DNA of 31,034 nt, taken from IMG/VR virus record IMGVR_UViG_3300032295_000861, positions 1 to 31,034 of that record; one strand, given 5' to 3'. The translations under genes were made by a program, and so were the position numbers. Shown here in pieces: positions 1 to 9,500 of the stretch. The stretch comes from a virus. Lineage: Duplodnaviria; Caudoviricetes. Numbering within the stretch: position 1 is the first letter of the stretch; every line of letters begins with the position of its first letter. Under the pieces are notes generated by a model that made no database searches, was not told the origin of the DNA, and saw only the letters and a list, made by a program, of their open reading frames with translations.

Positions 1-123
1 AAGGTTGCAGATTTTGGCAACACAGACTCAGCAGAGCGTCAGAAGATTGGTTTCTATGATGAGAAGTTTAGAGCAATGTTCACAGATTTGCTAAACGCAG
101 GTGACTGGTATGATTTTTCAGGT
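1..123. repeat. Terminal direct repeat, copy 1 (circular assembly overlap)
   Basis: Bases 1-123 (aaggttgcag...ttttcaggt) are identical to 30912-31034, and a CDS reads in frame across the junction. Confidence 0.97.
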
Positions 124-186
124 GACAACACAATTGACATCACAGAGAAAGCACCTAGTCGTCAAAATCTAGTAAGAGTTAGATAA
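1..186 (+). CDS. 3' part of putative head-tail adaptor/connector (begins at 30579, wraps the junction, about 172 aa total)
   Basis: Frame 1 reads KVADFGNTDSAERQKIGFYDEKF...NLVRVR, stop TAA 184-186 overlapping the next ATG. It is in frame with the ORF at 30579 and lies directly after the capsid gene. Confidence 0.75.
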   Translation, partial: KVADFGNTDSAERQKIGFYDEKFRAMFTDLLNAGDWYDFSGDNTIDITEKAPSRQNLVRVR

Positions 187-578
187 TGAGAGCAGAACTG
201 TTATCATATCTAACCACAGCAACTTCAACGGCTACTATCAAGGTAGTCTCAGAGTTGCCTTGGAACACTGCTGGAGAGCCCTTATACATGAAGAACATGA
301 AGAAAATGTATCTGGATCAAACACAAGTCACACAGACTACTTTGATCCCTACCTTGAGTGGTGATGATGTATTTCAAAATGATCTAACTGTTACAGGATA
401 CTTTGCAGTAGATGCTAAGAATCAACCAACAGGCCTAAGTCAAGCCATTACCACTATATTAGGTGCGAAAGATAGGACAGGTATAACAAATTTCGGAAGC
501 GAAAGTGATTATACCACGGAGATACAAGACGATGTAATCATTTACACCGTTGAGTACAGATTAAACACCACAGCATAA
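186..578 (+). CDS. Putative tail terminator/tail completion protein
   Basis: 130 aa, between the head-tail adaptor and tail tube, with TAATG coupling. Assignment is by synteny and size. Confidence 0.55.
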   Translation: MRAELLSYLTTATSTATIKVVSELPWNTAGEPLYMKNMKKMYLDQTQVTQTTLIPTLSGDDVFQNDLTVTGYFAVDAKNQPTGLSQAITTILGAKDRTGITNFGSESDYTTEIQDDVIIYTVEYRLNTTA

Positions 579-594
579 CAAAAGGAGAACAACC

Positions 595-1083
595 GTGGCT
601 TATATTAATGTATCAGGAACTGGTGACTTCGCTACGCTACACATTAGCACAGCGACCATCGCCAGCACAACTGCAAGCACAGCAACTGGTGTTCTAAATG
701 TTTCTGGAATGCAAAACATTACCCTAAACAATGGTAATGGAACATTCCGTTGGAAACAATTAGACAGCACAAGTGAATACGCTGTTGCTATTGCGGCAAC
801 AAACCAACTCGGCTTAAATGTAGTCTTAGATGACTCTGCTTATTTCGGGGCAACAAGTGCAGACGCAAACAGCGCCACTGCCAAGGGCTTATTCAACCTA
901 TCAAACAACAAAACTCTGTTGTATTTTAGATTGTATTACCAAGGTACAGGTGCAGGCGACAAATATGTTTCAGGAACAGGTTATATTACAGGTCTAGCAC
1001 CTACAGTATCACCAGACAGTCCTGTATGGGTTAGCCCATTAAACATTGATGTTGTTGGCGACTTCACTTCAGGTTCAGTTTAA
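595..1083 (+). CDS. Major tail tube protein
   Basis: AAGGAG RBS and GTG start; 162 aa rich in Thr/Gly/Ser. The C-terminal 'YVSGTGYITGLAPTVSPDSPVWVSPLNIDVVG' is typical of siphovirus tube proteins. It is followed by a terminator and tail chaperones. Confidence 0.75.
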   Translation: MAYINVSGTGDFATLHISTATIASTTASTATGVLNVSGMQNITLNNGNGTFRWKQLDSTSEYAVAIAATNQLGLNVVLDDSAYFGATSADANSATAKGLFNLSNNKTLLYFRLYYQGTGAGDKYVSGTGYITGLAPTVSPDSPVWVSPLNIDVVGDFTSGSV

Positions 1084-1103
1084 TTTTAAATTGATTCAAA
1101 ACA

Positions 1104-1131
1104 GGCCCTATCTAAGTGGTAGGGCTTTTTT
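1104..1131 (+). terminator. Intrinsic terminator after tail tube gene
   Basis: GCCCTATC-taagt-GGTAGGGC stem followed by T6. Confidence 0.75.
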
Positions 1132-1153
1132 ATAAGTCTTGGGCTTTCAAGGT

Positions 1154-1159
1154 TAAATA
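1154..1159 (+). promoter_or_regulatory. T4-late-like promoter core TAAATA; leaderless start of the HNH gene
   Basis: ggtTAAATAtttgtATG: ATG 5 nt downstream with no SD sequence. Confidence 0.6.
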
Positions 1160-1164
1160 TTTGT

Positions 1165-1590
1165 ATGGATGCACTTAATAGATTTTATTCTTATGTAAAA
1201 AAAACTTCCTCTTGCTGGATTTGGCAAGGAAGTAAAAATAAATTTGGTCATGGAATGTTTAGTTTTAATGGAAAGACTTTGGGGGCACACAGATTTAGTG
1301 CTCAAATAGCAGGTTATAATATTGAAAACAAATGTGTTTGTCATCGATGTGATAATCCTAGTTGTGTTAATCCTAAGCATCTATTTGTTGGAACACAACA
1401 AGATAACATGATTGACAAATCAAAAAAAGGAAGGGCAACAGGCAGTAATGGAAAAAATGGAAAAAAGATTCAAACACCTGATGGAATCTTTGAAAGTAGG
1501 CTAGCGGCAGCAAAGCATTATGGAATTGATCCCTCATCAATTGGTAAGAGAATGGTGCGTTATCCTAGGGATTACTATTATATTCTGTAA
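1165..1590 (+). CDS. HNH homing endonuclease (HNH_3 type) with C-terminal HTH-like DNA-binding domain
   Basis: CWIWQG...AHRFS...VCHRCDNPSCVNPKHLFVGTQQDNM motif; C-terminal FESRLAAAKHYGI. Confidence 0.9.
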   Translation: MDALNRFYSYVKKTSSCWIWQGSKNKFGHGMFSFNGKTLGAHRFSAQIAGYNIENKCVCHRCDNPSCVNPKHLFVGTQQDNMIDKSKKGRATGSNGKNGKKIQTPDGIFESRLAAAKHYGIDPSSIGKRMVRYPRDYYYIL

Positions 1591-1593
1591 ATA
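1588..1593 (+). promoter_or_regulatory. T4-late-like promoter core TAAATA upstream of tail chaperone/tape measure genes
   Basis: TAAATA overlaps the HNH stop codon and precedes AAGGAAG and ATG 1620. Confidence 0.5.
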
Positions 1594-1619
1594 TCATTGA
1601 CTTATAGAAAGGAAGATAG

Positions 1620-1793
1620 ATGGATTTTAATCAATTAACTACACCAGAATTAGTTGATAGTATTTTAGGTGAAGTGGCCAAGACTCTAAATGAGATCCGT
1701 CACGCACAAGATGATTTAGACAAGGCTGAGAGTCGACTCAAGTTCGCACTGGCAGTCTTACACAATATTAGAGATAGAGATTTAAAGGAATAA
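1620..1793 (+). CDS. Small helical/coiled-coil protein (57 aa; not in ORF track)
   Basis: AAGGAAG RBS; MDFNQLTTPELVDSILGEVAKTLNEIRHAQDDLDKAESRLKFALAVLHNIRDRDLKE*, which fills the gap exactly. Confidence 0.8.
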   Translation: MDFNQLTTPELVDSILGEVAKTLNEIRHAQDDLDKAESRLKFALAVLHNIRDRDLKE

Positions 1794-1798
1794 GATTT

Positions 1799-2143
1799 AT
1801 GGATATCAAACAATTAGCCCGCAAACCCCAACTTATAGAAATTCGTCTTGATGATGATAATCTAGTAGCAGAATATGGTGAACCTATCACTTTCTGGATG
1901 GTAGACTATGTAGATATTAATACCTACTTTGATTTTTTTAAGAGTCAGTCGGACAAATCAGGGCAAGAACTAAACAACCTAATGCGTAAAATTATTCTCA
2001 ATGCTGAAGGCAAACCTGCCCTTGGCAATGATGAAGGATTGCCTATTGACATTAGCATTGCGGCATTGACTAAGATCAATGAAACGCTGGGAAAGTCAAA
2101 GACCAAGTCGTTGATCCAAAGCAGTGGGACACAGCCAAAATGA
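1799..2143 (+). CDS. Tail assembly chaperone (lambda gpG-like)
   Basis: Lies between tube and tape measure genes and has the G GGA AAG slippery site near its 3' end. Confidence 0.75.
   Translation: MDIKQLARKPQLIEIRLDDDNLVAEYGEPITFWMVDYVDINTYFDFFKSQSDKSGQELNNLMRKIILNAEGKPALGNDEGLPIDISIAALTKINETLGKSKTKSLIQSSGTQPK
2089..2095 (+). other. Programmed -1 ribosomal frameshift site GGGAAAG
   Basis: Same heptamer as lambda G/T and correctly phased. The -1 frame is open from 2089 into ORF 2140-2331. Confidence 0.85.
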
Positions 2144-2331
2144 TATCAATTGGGCACATTGCAAAGACCTACGGATTACTCCCTAGTGAAGTTGCAAGCC
2201 GTGCCACTACATTTGATATTATGATTACAGATGTGTATTCGACTTGGGAAAACTATCAAAAGAATCCTACTGCTATGAGTAATTTTAGTCAAGAACAACT
2301 GGCTGAAATTATAAAAAGAGGGAAAGAATGA
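2140..2331 (+). CDS. Tail assembly chaperone extension (gpT-like part of a G-T fusion of about 177 aa)
   Basis: In the -1 frame relative to 1799-2143, with no stop between the slippery site and this ORF. Confidence 0.7.
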   Translation: MISIGHIAKTYGLLPSEVASRATTFDIMITDVYSTWENYQKNPTAMSNFSQEQLAEIIKRGKE

Positions 2332-2606
2332 TGGCTGGACAAATTAACTTTAGAATTAATCAGATCAAAGGTATCTTAGATCCTTTGAAGATGGCCAAGG
2401 AAGCACACAAGGTCTTCAGGGCAAACACACCTATTAGGTCTGGTAATGCTAGACGCAATACCAACCTATATCAGGATACCATTGAAGCCAACTATCCTTA
2501 CGCACAGAGATTGGATCAAGGTTACAGTAAACAAAGGCCTGACGGAATGACCAAGCCAACAATGACATTTCTTCAGAATTATGTTAAAAAGAATTTAGGA
2601 AAATAA
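2328..2606 (+). CDS. HK97 gp10-like tail/neck component
   Basis: 'ANTPIRSGNARRN...NYPYAQRLDQGYSKQRPDGM' matches the P-x-x-[TS]G...YA..LE.G.S.QAP.G pattern of this family. Confidence 0.7.
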   Translation: MMAGQINFRINQIKGILDPLKMAKEAHKVFRANTPIRSGNARRNTNLYQDTIEANYPYAQRLDQGYSKQRPDGMTKPTMTFLQNYVKKNLGK

Positions 2607-2607
2607 T

Positions 2608-4755
2608 ATGGCAACCGTAGAAGAATTTAAAGTTAAAGTCACCACACAAGGCGTTGAACAACTTGATCGCTTGGGCAAAGTTAGTGATACTGTAAGGACT
2701 AAGTTATCAAGTCTAGGCACTACCATTGCAGGATTGGCCTTTGGTGGTTTTATTCAAGGTGCCATATCAGCCGCAGAACGCATTGATGATCTAAGCAATG
2801 CTACTGGTATTGCCGTAGGTACATTACTAGGGTTTGAACGAGCCCTAGATATTGCTGGTGGTAAGGCGGAGAATGCTGGTCGTGTTATCATGAGTTTCTA
2901 CAATGCCATTGAAGCAGCCAATGATGGTAGCCTTAAGGTTAGAGATGCTTTTAATAAAGTTGGTGTCAGCCTTGATGATCTAAGAAACAAAAGTGAAGCA
3001 GACCTATTACAGCAGACTGTACGGGGTCTAAGTGAATTAGAAGCAGGCAGTGAGCGTGCCAGTATTGCCACAACCTTACTGAGCAGAGCATTCCGTTCTG
3101 TTGATCCTAAACAGTTTCAGCAGGCATTGGCCACTGGTGACTTTAGTCAATTAGAAAAAAGTGTTCAACAGTCTGCAGCAGCCGCTGAACGCCTACAGTT
3201 GTCCTACAAAAATCTACAGATGGGCGCACTACAGGCAATTCAACCTATTATTGTGTTAATGGGTGACACTGAGGTAGGTGTTGAGAAAGCAAGATTGGCT
3301 GTATATGCTCTAGGCGCAGTATTTGCTGTGGCCATGGGAGCCAGTCTAATTAGAAACATTGCTACAATTAATAAGGCATTGGGAGTAACTGCGGCATTAA
3401 GCAACCTAGTTGGCAAAGGTCCTGTGGGTCTAATTGCCAAACTGGCTCTACTTGGTGGAGGGGCTGCTATAGCAGCCACACAATTAGATGATCTTATGGC
3501 GGCCAATGAGCGTCTTGAAAAGTCTATGGCTGATGGTGCAACTCCCGCACCTGAAAGTGGTAATGCTGGCAGAACACAAGAACTTGATGCTAGACAAAAA
3601 GCCGTATTAGAAAGTGGTAAGAGAGCAGCACAAAATCTTGCTGATGCTCAACTTCAAATTAGTTTAAGAAGTGCTAGTGAAATTGAACGCATTGAACTTG
3701 AAATGCGTAACAATATTGCCAAAGGTGTAGAAGAAATTAGATCAAAATCAGATTTAAGCGAAAGTGTAAGAGCCAAAGAAATTCTTTCGTTAGTTAGTAA
3801 AGAAACTGAAAAATCTTATTCTGATATTGCTAAGATTCGAAGAGACATTGATATAAAAGTTGCTACAGAGACCATGGCTCAAGCAGAACAAGATGCTAAA
3901 GAAATGGCTGCTTATTATCAACAAGTTGACCAGGCAAGATTACAGGCATTTGATCAAGTTGATGCGATTAAAAAACAAACTGAAGAATTACAAGGCCGCT
4001 TTGATTTAACTCAAAAGATTCTTGATTTAAGCACAACTGAACAAGAAAGACAAACTAAGTTATTTGATCTAGAGCAACAGAGAAAAGCCACTCTTGATGC
4101 TATTTCTAAGATCAAAGATTTACCCAACAATGAAAGACTTAGAAGAGAACAAGAACTCAATGCTGAATATGAAAAACGAATTGATCTGATTAACAAAGAA
4201 GCAGATGCAAGAAATGCCCGTGAACAAGACTTCTCTGCAGGCATTAGAGAATCAATGAAACGATATGAAGAATCATTGACTCCTCTCAAGCAGGGTCAAC
4301 AAATGGCCGAGAGTGTGTTCAGTAGCATGGGTTCAGCATTGGACAAGTTTGTTGAGACTGGTAAGTTTAACTTTGGTGACTTTGCCAAGAGTGTTATACA
4401 AGATTTGATTAAAATTCAATTGAGAGCCGCAGCCACACAGTTATTGAGCGCAGCGTTTGGTTCATTTTTTCCAATACCAGGCAAGGCCAATGGTGGTCCA
4501 GTGCAATCAGGACAACCTTACATAGTCGGTGAACGAGGTCCAGAATTGTTTATGCCTAACTCAGCAGGAACAATTGTTCCCAACGATAAATTATCAGGCG
4601 GTGCAGGCAGTGCTGGTGGATCTACAGTCAACAACTATTATACTATTAGTGCAATTGATGCCAAGTCCGTGGCTCAATTATTTGCAGAAAATAAAATGAC
4701 GCTACTAGGTACAGTTCGTCAGGCAGAGAAAGAACTGCCATTTAGAGGAAGATAA
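2608..4755 (+). CDS. Tail tape measure protein
   Basis: 715 aa, Ala/Leu/Glu-rich and helical, with the lambda-like C-terminal motif 'ANGGPVQSGQPYIVGERGPELFMP'. Confidence 0.92.
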   Translation: MATVEEFKVKVTTQGVEQLDRLGKVSDTVRTKLSSLGTTIAGLAFGGFIQGAISAAERIDDLSNATGIAVGTLLGFERALDIAGGKAENAGRVIMSFYNAIEAANDGSLKVRDAFNKVGVSLDDLRNKSEADLLQQTVRGLSELEAGSERASIATTLLSRAFRSVDPKQFQQALATGDFSQLEKSVQQSAAAAERLQLSYKNLQMGALQAIQPIIVLMGDTEVGVEKARLAVYALGAVFAVAMGASLIRNIATINKALGVTAALSNLVGKGPVGLIAKLALLGGGAAIAATQLDDLMAANERLEKSMADGATPAPESGNAGRTQELDARQKAVLESGKRAAQNLADAQLQISLRSASEIERIELEMRNNIAKGVEEIRSKSDLSESVRAKEILSLVSKETEKSYSDIAKIRRDIDIKVATETMAQAEQDAKEMAAYYQQVDQARLQAFDQVDAIKKQTEELQGRFDLTQKILDLSTTEQERQTKLFDLEQQRKATLDAISKIKDLPNNERLRREQELNAEYEKRIDLINKEADARNAREQDFSAGIRESMKRYEESLTPLKQGQQMAESVFSSMGSALDKFVETGKFNFGDFAKSVIQDLIKIQLRAAATQLLSAAFGSFFPIPGKANGGPVQSGQPYIVGERGPELFMPNSAGTIVPNDKLSGGAGSAGGSTVNNYYTISAIDAKSVAQLFAENKMTLLGTVRQAEKELPFRGR

Positions 4756-4757
4756 AC

Positions 4758-5408
4758 ATGAGCCTACAAACTATCATTAACATTGCAGAGAGCATAACAA
4801 TTAATCGTAGGAGAGTTATAGGTGTGCAATATACACGAAATGAAATTGCTCGTGTCAGCGAAACACCCACAAGAAATCCATGGCGCATGACTGTTACTGT
4901 CAGTGCTCTAATACCTTATGCACAAGGTCGACAACTTATAGAAGAATTAGATAGATTAGATCGTAGCATACCACAAACAGTTACATTCAGCAATAATCCT
5001 AAATTAAGTTTTATGTTCAAGTATCAAGGTGATTTCCCCACAAACATTGCCACAATGACTGTACAAAGTGCCAGCGGAAAACAAGTTGTTTTAACCAATC
5101 TATTGGTAGTTGATCCAACTGATGTTGTATTTTATGCAGGTGATATTATACAATTTGCGGGATATCCATATCCATTTACAGTTACACAAACTGTACAAAG
5201 AGGAAGCGGAAACACAGTTACGCTGTCCTTGCATAGACCTATATTTTTAGACACAGCAGATCTTGTGGGCAGTAATATCCTAGTAGGCAATTCTGTTAAT
5301 TTCCGTATGCTATGTGCCAACATGCCTACATATACAATTGTACCAGGACCGTATATACAGTTCAATGGTGACTTTGAATTGTATGAATCTACAGGAGCAA
5401 TTGTATGA
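4758..5408 (+). CDS. Putative distal tail protein
   Basis: Directly follows the tape measure gene; 216 aa, beta-rich. Confidence 0.55.
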   Translation: MSLQTIINIAESITINRRRVIGVQYTRNEIARVSETPTRNPWRMTVTVSALIPYAQGRQLIEELDRLDRSIPQTVTFSNNPKLSFMFKYQGDFPTNIATMTVQSASGKQVVLTNLLVVDPTDVVFYAGDIIQFAGYPYPFTVTQTVQRGSGNTVTLSLHRPIFLDTADLVGSNILVGNSVNFRMLCANMPTYTIVPGPYIQFNGDFELYESTGAIV

Positions 5409-6046
5409 TTAGTATTCCAGATGTAGTTGACAAAGAACGAGTCAGCAGTGCAGAGTTTGTTAAATTAACTGTTAAGAATACCAACACCACTGTTACCTAT
5501 ACTTTCTCCACAGCCTATAAGACAGAAACTATTAGTAGTGTAGAATATGCTGCTCTTGGTGGATTGTTAGCCATTGGTCAACAGCAACGAGATCTAAGAG
5601 TCACTAGTTTTGATACTACAATTGCACTTGCAGGTGTTGATCCAGAAAATATTTTTATTGTGCTGGGTAATCAAATTCGTGGAAGTAGCATTGAGATCAG
5701 TCGTGGCTTTTACAATGACAATGGAATATTAGGATCAGTCTATAATAGATTTAAAGGCATTGTGACCAGTTATAATATTACAGAAACTCGTGAAGGCCAA
5801 GATGATTCATTTAATATTGTAATTAATTGTAGCAGTTACAAAACTGTATTAGAAAATAATGTGGGTGGTCGTAAAACAAATCAGGATGATTGGAAGTTCT
5901 TGTATGGAAACACAGATACTAGCATGGACAATGTGTCTAATCTAGCAGGTGCATACTTTGACTTTGGTCTTCCTGTTACAGGTGGCTCAGGTGGTACTAC
6001 TGTTAATCCTGACACTGCTCCCGCAACTGTCACTGAACAACCATAA
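5405..6046 (+). CDS. Putative tail hub/minor tail protein
   Basis: Position in the tail-tip cassette; 'IEISRGFY...RFKGIVTSYNI' is hub-like. Confidence 0.55.
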   Translation: MISIPDVVDKERVSSAEFVKLTVKNTNTTVTYTFSTAYKTETISSVEYAALGGLLAIGQQQRDLRVTSFDTTIALAGVDPENIFIVLGNQIRGSSIEISRGFYNDNGILGSVYNRFKGIVTSYNITETREGQDDSFNIVINCSSYKTVLENNVGGRKTNQDDWKFLYGNTDTSMDNVSNLAGAYFDFGLPVTGGSGGTTVNPDTAPATVTEQP

Positions 6047-6047
6047 T

Positions 6048-6500
6048 ATGAAAATAAGATTTGCAGATAGATTTGATATACCCTACTTGATCCGTATGAT
6101 GTTGGACTATAGAAATTATAGTCCTGTTGAAAGATTAAGATATTGTGAAAATACAGAACATGCTGAAAGATTGTTTGATCAGATTCTAGCAGGTCGAGGC
6201 ATTGCCTTGGTCGCTGAAAAAGATAATTTACTAGTAGGTATGTTGATAGCAGTTAGAACTCCAAATGCTTGGGATCCAGATATTTGGGGAATACAGGAAT
6301 TGGCCTATTGGGTCGATCCAGAACACAGAACAAGTTCAGCAGGTTATAAGTTATTGAAAAAATATCAACAATTCTGTGAACAAGCCAAAGAATTAGGTAC
6401 AATTGATTATTATACAATTAGTAAAATGGTCAATAGTCCAGATCTTAGTTATGATAGATTTGGATTTAAAAAGATAGAAGAAACATGGAGTGTAACATAA
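6048..6500 (+). CDS. GNAT-family acetyltransferase-like protein
   Basis: True start is probably ATG 6048 (MKIRFADRFDIP...). 'LVAEKDNLLVGM...ELAYWVDPEHRTSSAGYKLL' resembles the GNAT acetyl-CoA binding motif A. Confidence 0.75.
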   Translation: MKIRFADRFDIPYLIRMMLDYRNYSPVERLRYCENTEHAERLFDQILAGRGIALVAEKDNLLVGMLIAVRTPNAWDPDIWGIQELAYWVDPEHRTSSAGYKLLKKYQQFCEQAKELGTIDYYTISKMVNSPDLSYDRFGFKKIEETWSVT

Positions 6501-6501
6501 T

Positions 6502-9500
6502 ATGCCAGTCTTTACAGCAGCAGCGGCCTATATAGCGACCGCAATTGGAGTTACCAGCGCATTTGGTATTGCAGCCATTGGATTTGGTATTAGATTAGTC
6601 ACAGCCTATGTTGTTTCTAGTATTATTGCCAATAGATCAGGAGCAGGAGCAGGTGGGAATCAACAAGCCGCCGCTGTTGGTAACAGAGTACAATTAGCCC
6701 CTAATACCACTAATAAAATTCCTGTAGTATATGGCAGTGCTTTCATGAAGCCAATATCAATAGATGCTAAGATCAGCACTGATCAACAGTACATGTGGCA
6801 TGTGCTAGCATTCAGTGAGGCCATGGAGTCTGATTCTATCGGAACATTTAGTTTCGGGGACATTTACTGGGGTGATAAGAAATTAGTATTTGATGAAACT
6901 GATCGCACCAAGGTAACAAGTTGGATTAACAGCGATGGTGAAACTGAAACACAACCTGATGGATTGTTAAATGTCTATCTATATCGTGATGGTTCAAGTC
7001 GTCCTCTTAACACCACAAGCACAGCAATTCAAGTACTAAGTGATGCAGGTATTGCAGAAGCCAATCGTTGGGATTCTACAAAACTAATGACAAAATTAGT
7101 ATTTGCCATTGTTAAGATCAAATATGATCAAGAAAAAGGTATTACAGGTCTAACTGAAATAACTGCAAAAATTACCAACACCTTGTCAAGTCCTGGAGCA
7201 GTAATCTTAGACTACTTGACAAATACTCGCTATGGTGCTGGCCTAGATTCTACTTCCGTAGATACTACAAGTTTAACAGCATTGAATAATTATGCTGCTC
7301 AAACTATAAGTTATACTCCTGCAGGCGGCGGAGCAGCACAGACAATGAATAGATATAGTATCAATGGACCTGTTGATACTACTCGCAATTTCTTAAGCAA
7401 TATTGTAGATATCTGTGATAGTTGCGACAGTTGGATACAATGGAATGAAGTAAAAGGACAGTGGGCTGTTATTATCAATCGCAGTTATCTAGACACTGAT
7501 CCAACCAGCGCCAATCTAATGCAGATTGATGATAATCAAATTGTTGGTGGCATTGATATCAATCCTATTGATTTAAACAGCACCTACAACAGTGTTCGAG
7601 TTGAATATCCCAATACAAGGATCAAAGATCAAGCAGGCTACCATATCATTACCTTAGAAGAATTTCCTAATTTAATGCGTAGTCCCAACGAACCTGACAA
7701 TCAGTTAAGTCTAACACTGCCTTATACAAATACAGTTATTCAAGCACAATACATTGCTGCTCGTAGATTGTTACAAAGTCGTGAAGACTTGGCCATTAAC
7801 TTTACCATGGACTACAGTGGCATTCAATTAGAAGCAGGTGATGTTATTGGTATCCACCATAATTGGTATGGTTGGGGTAGATACAGCGAAACTGTGGCAA
7901 TGCCATATGGTAAACTATTCCGCATTGCACAAGTTCAAGAAGGCAAAGCAGATGATGGCAGTTTATATGCCCGCATCACAGCCAGTGAATACAATGATGG
8001 TGTCTATGATGACGACAGCATTGATCTAGCAGATTTTATACCTGAACCTAACACAGGTATTAGCGATCCAGGCATTTTAACTAATTTAAATGCACCGACT
8101 ATTGTCAATATTAATCCCAAAGATCAAATTCCTAACTTTACTGTTAGAGCAGCAATACCTAGTACAGGCAATGTGCAGGCAGTGGAATATTGGTATGGAA
8201 CTACAGAAAGTCAAAGCAACAGCGTATATAAACTCTATGGTTTAGACTATCCTGCCAATACTAGTTTTTTCCCAAGATCAAGTACCAGCACACAACTAGT
8301 TACAAGTCTAAGCACAGGAACTTATTATTTCCGTGTTAGAGGAGTAGGTATTCGCCGTAAGACAGCATTTAGTAGTGCAACCAGCATTGCTTGGGCACCA
8401 GAATTTGTCAGCAGTGTAAGTGGATTACAATTTGGTGTTCAATTCCAACCACCTAGTATCGGTGTTCCTAGATTCAATAGTACTACCAGCAACACAGTTA
8501 CAACAAACTTGTCTGTGGTTAATCCCAAGGCCTATGGTACAGCAGGTGGAGCAGTTGTTCCATTTGTATTGGCCACAAGTGACAGTGATCCATTATTTGT
8601 CAACAACAGTTGGCGTATTGGTGCCAGTAGCAGCACTGGCTATCTAAGCACAGGTGCATTGACCACAAGCAGTATTGGATTTACAGCCACAACAATATCA
8701 ACCACTACAGATAATGGTGTGCAATTAGGCAATCCTACATTTATTACCAGCAGTACAGCCGCTGTTACAGTTCCTGTTCGATATAAGGACGGTGGCGGTA
8801 ACATTGTTCAAGCAGCACCCGCAACACAACAATTCTACATTGTTGATCCCGGTATCAATGGTAATACTCTGTATAGGCCTAGAGTTTATTTTAATGTGCC
8901 TATTAATGGAACCACTGTTACAATTTCAGGTGGTACATATAATAGAGAAACATTCGGTTGGGATTCAAGGCCAGTTACTAGATACGGTGCTCCTCCATAT
9001 ACCTATGTGGACAACTATGACTATGCTGTTGCCCTAACAACTGGCAGTTATAGATACACTGCCATGGCAGATCCTGTTTATACAACTACAAACTTTGGTT
9101 CATATGGCGCTACTTGGTCTACAGGTGTTCAAATTGAAGCAGGATTTGGTCCTAGAGGTTCTGATGGAGTAAGTCCAAGTTTCATTGACTTTGATTACAG
9201 CCAAGGAACTACTTTTGTCAAGAGCACTAGTAATCAATTTACTCCACAAAGTATTACAATTAGAGCAACTGCTACCAATATAAGTTTTGCTTTGTTTGAT
9301 TGGTCAATAACAGGTGCTGCTATTGCAAGTACCAGCACTAGTGTATTCCCTGGCGATACTGTCACGGTATATCCAAGTACAACCAGCAATAGAATTGTAT
9401 TAAGTGCCACAGCAGGTGGATTTAATAAGAGTATTACACTGCCAATTATTAGTTTGGCAGCAGATGGAACCAAAGGTGACCCAGGAGATCCAGGTGATCC

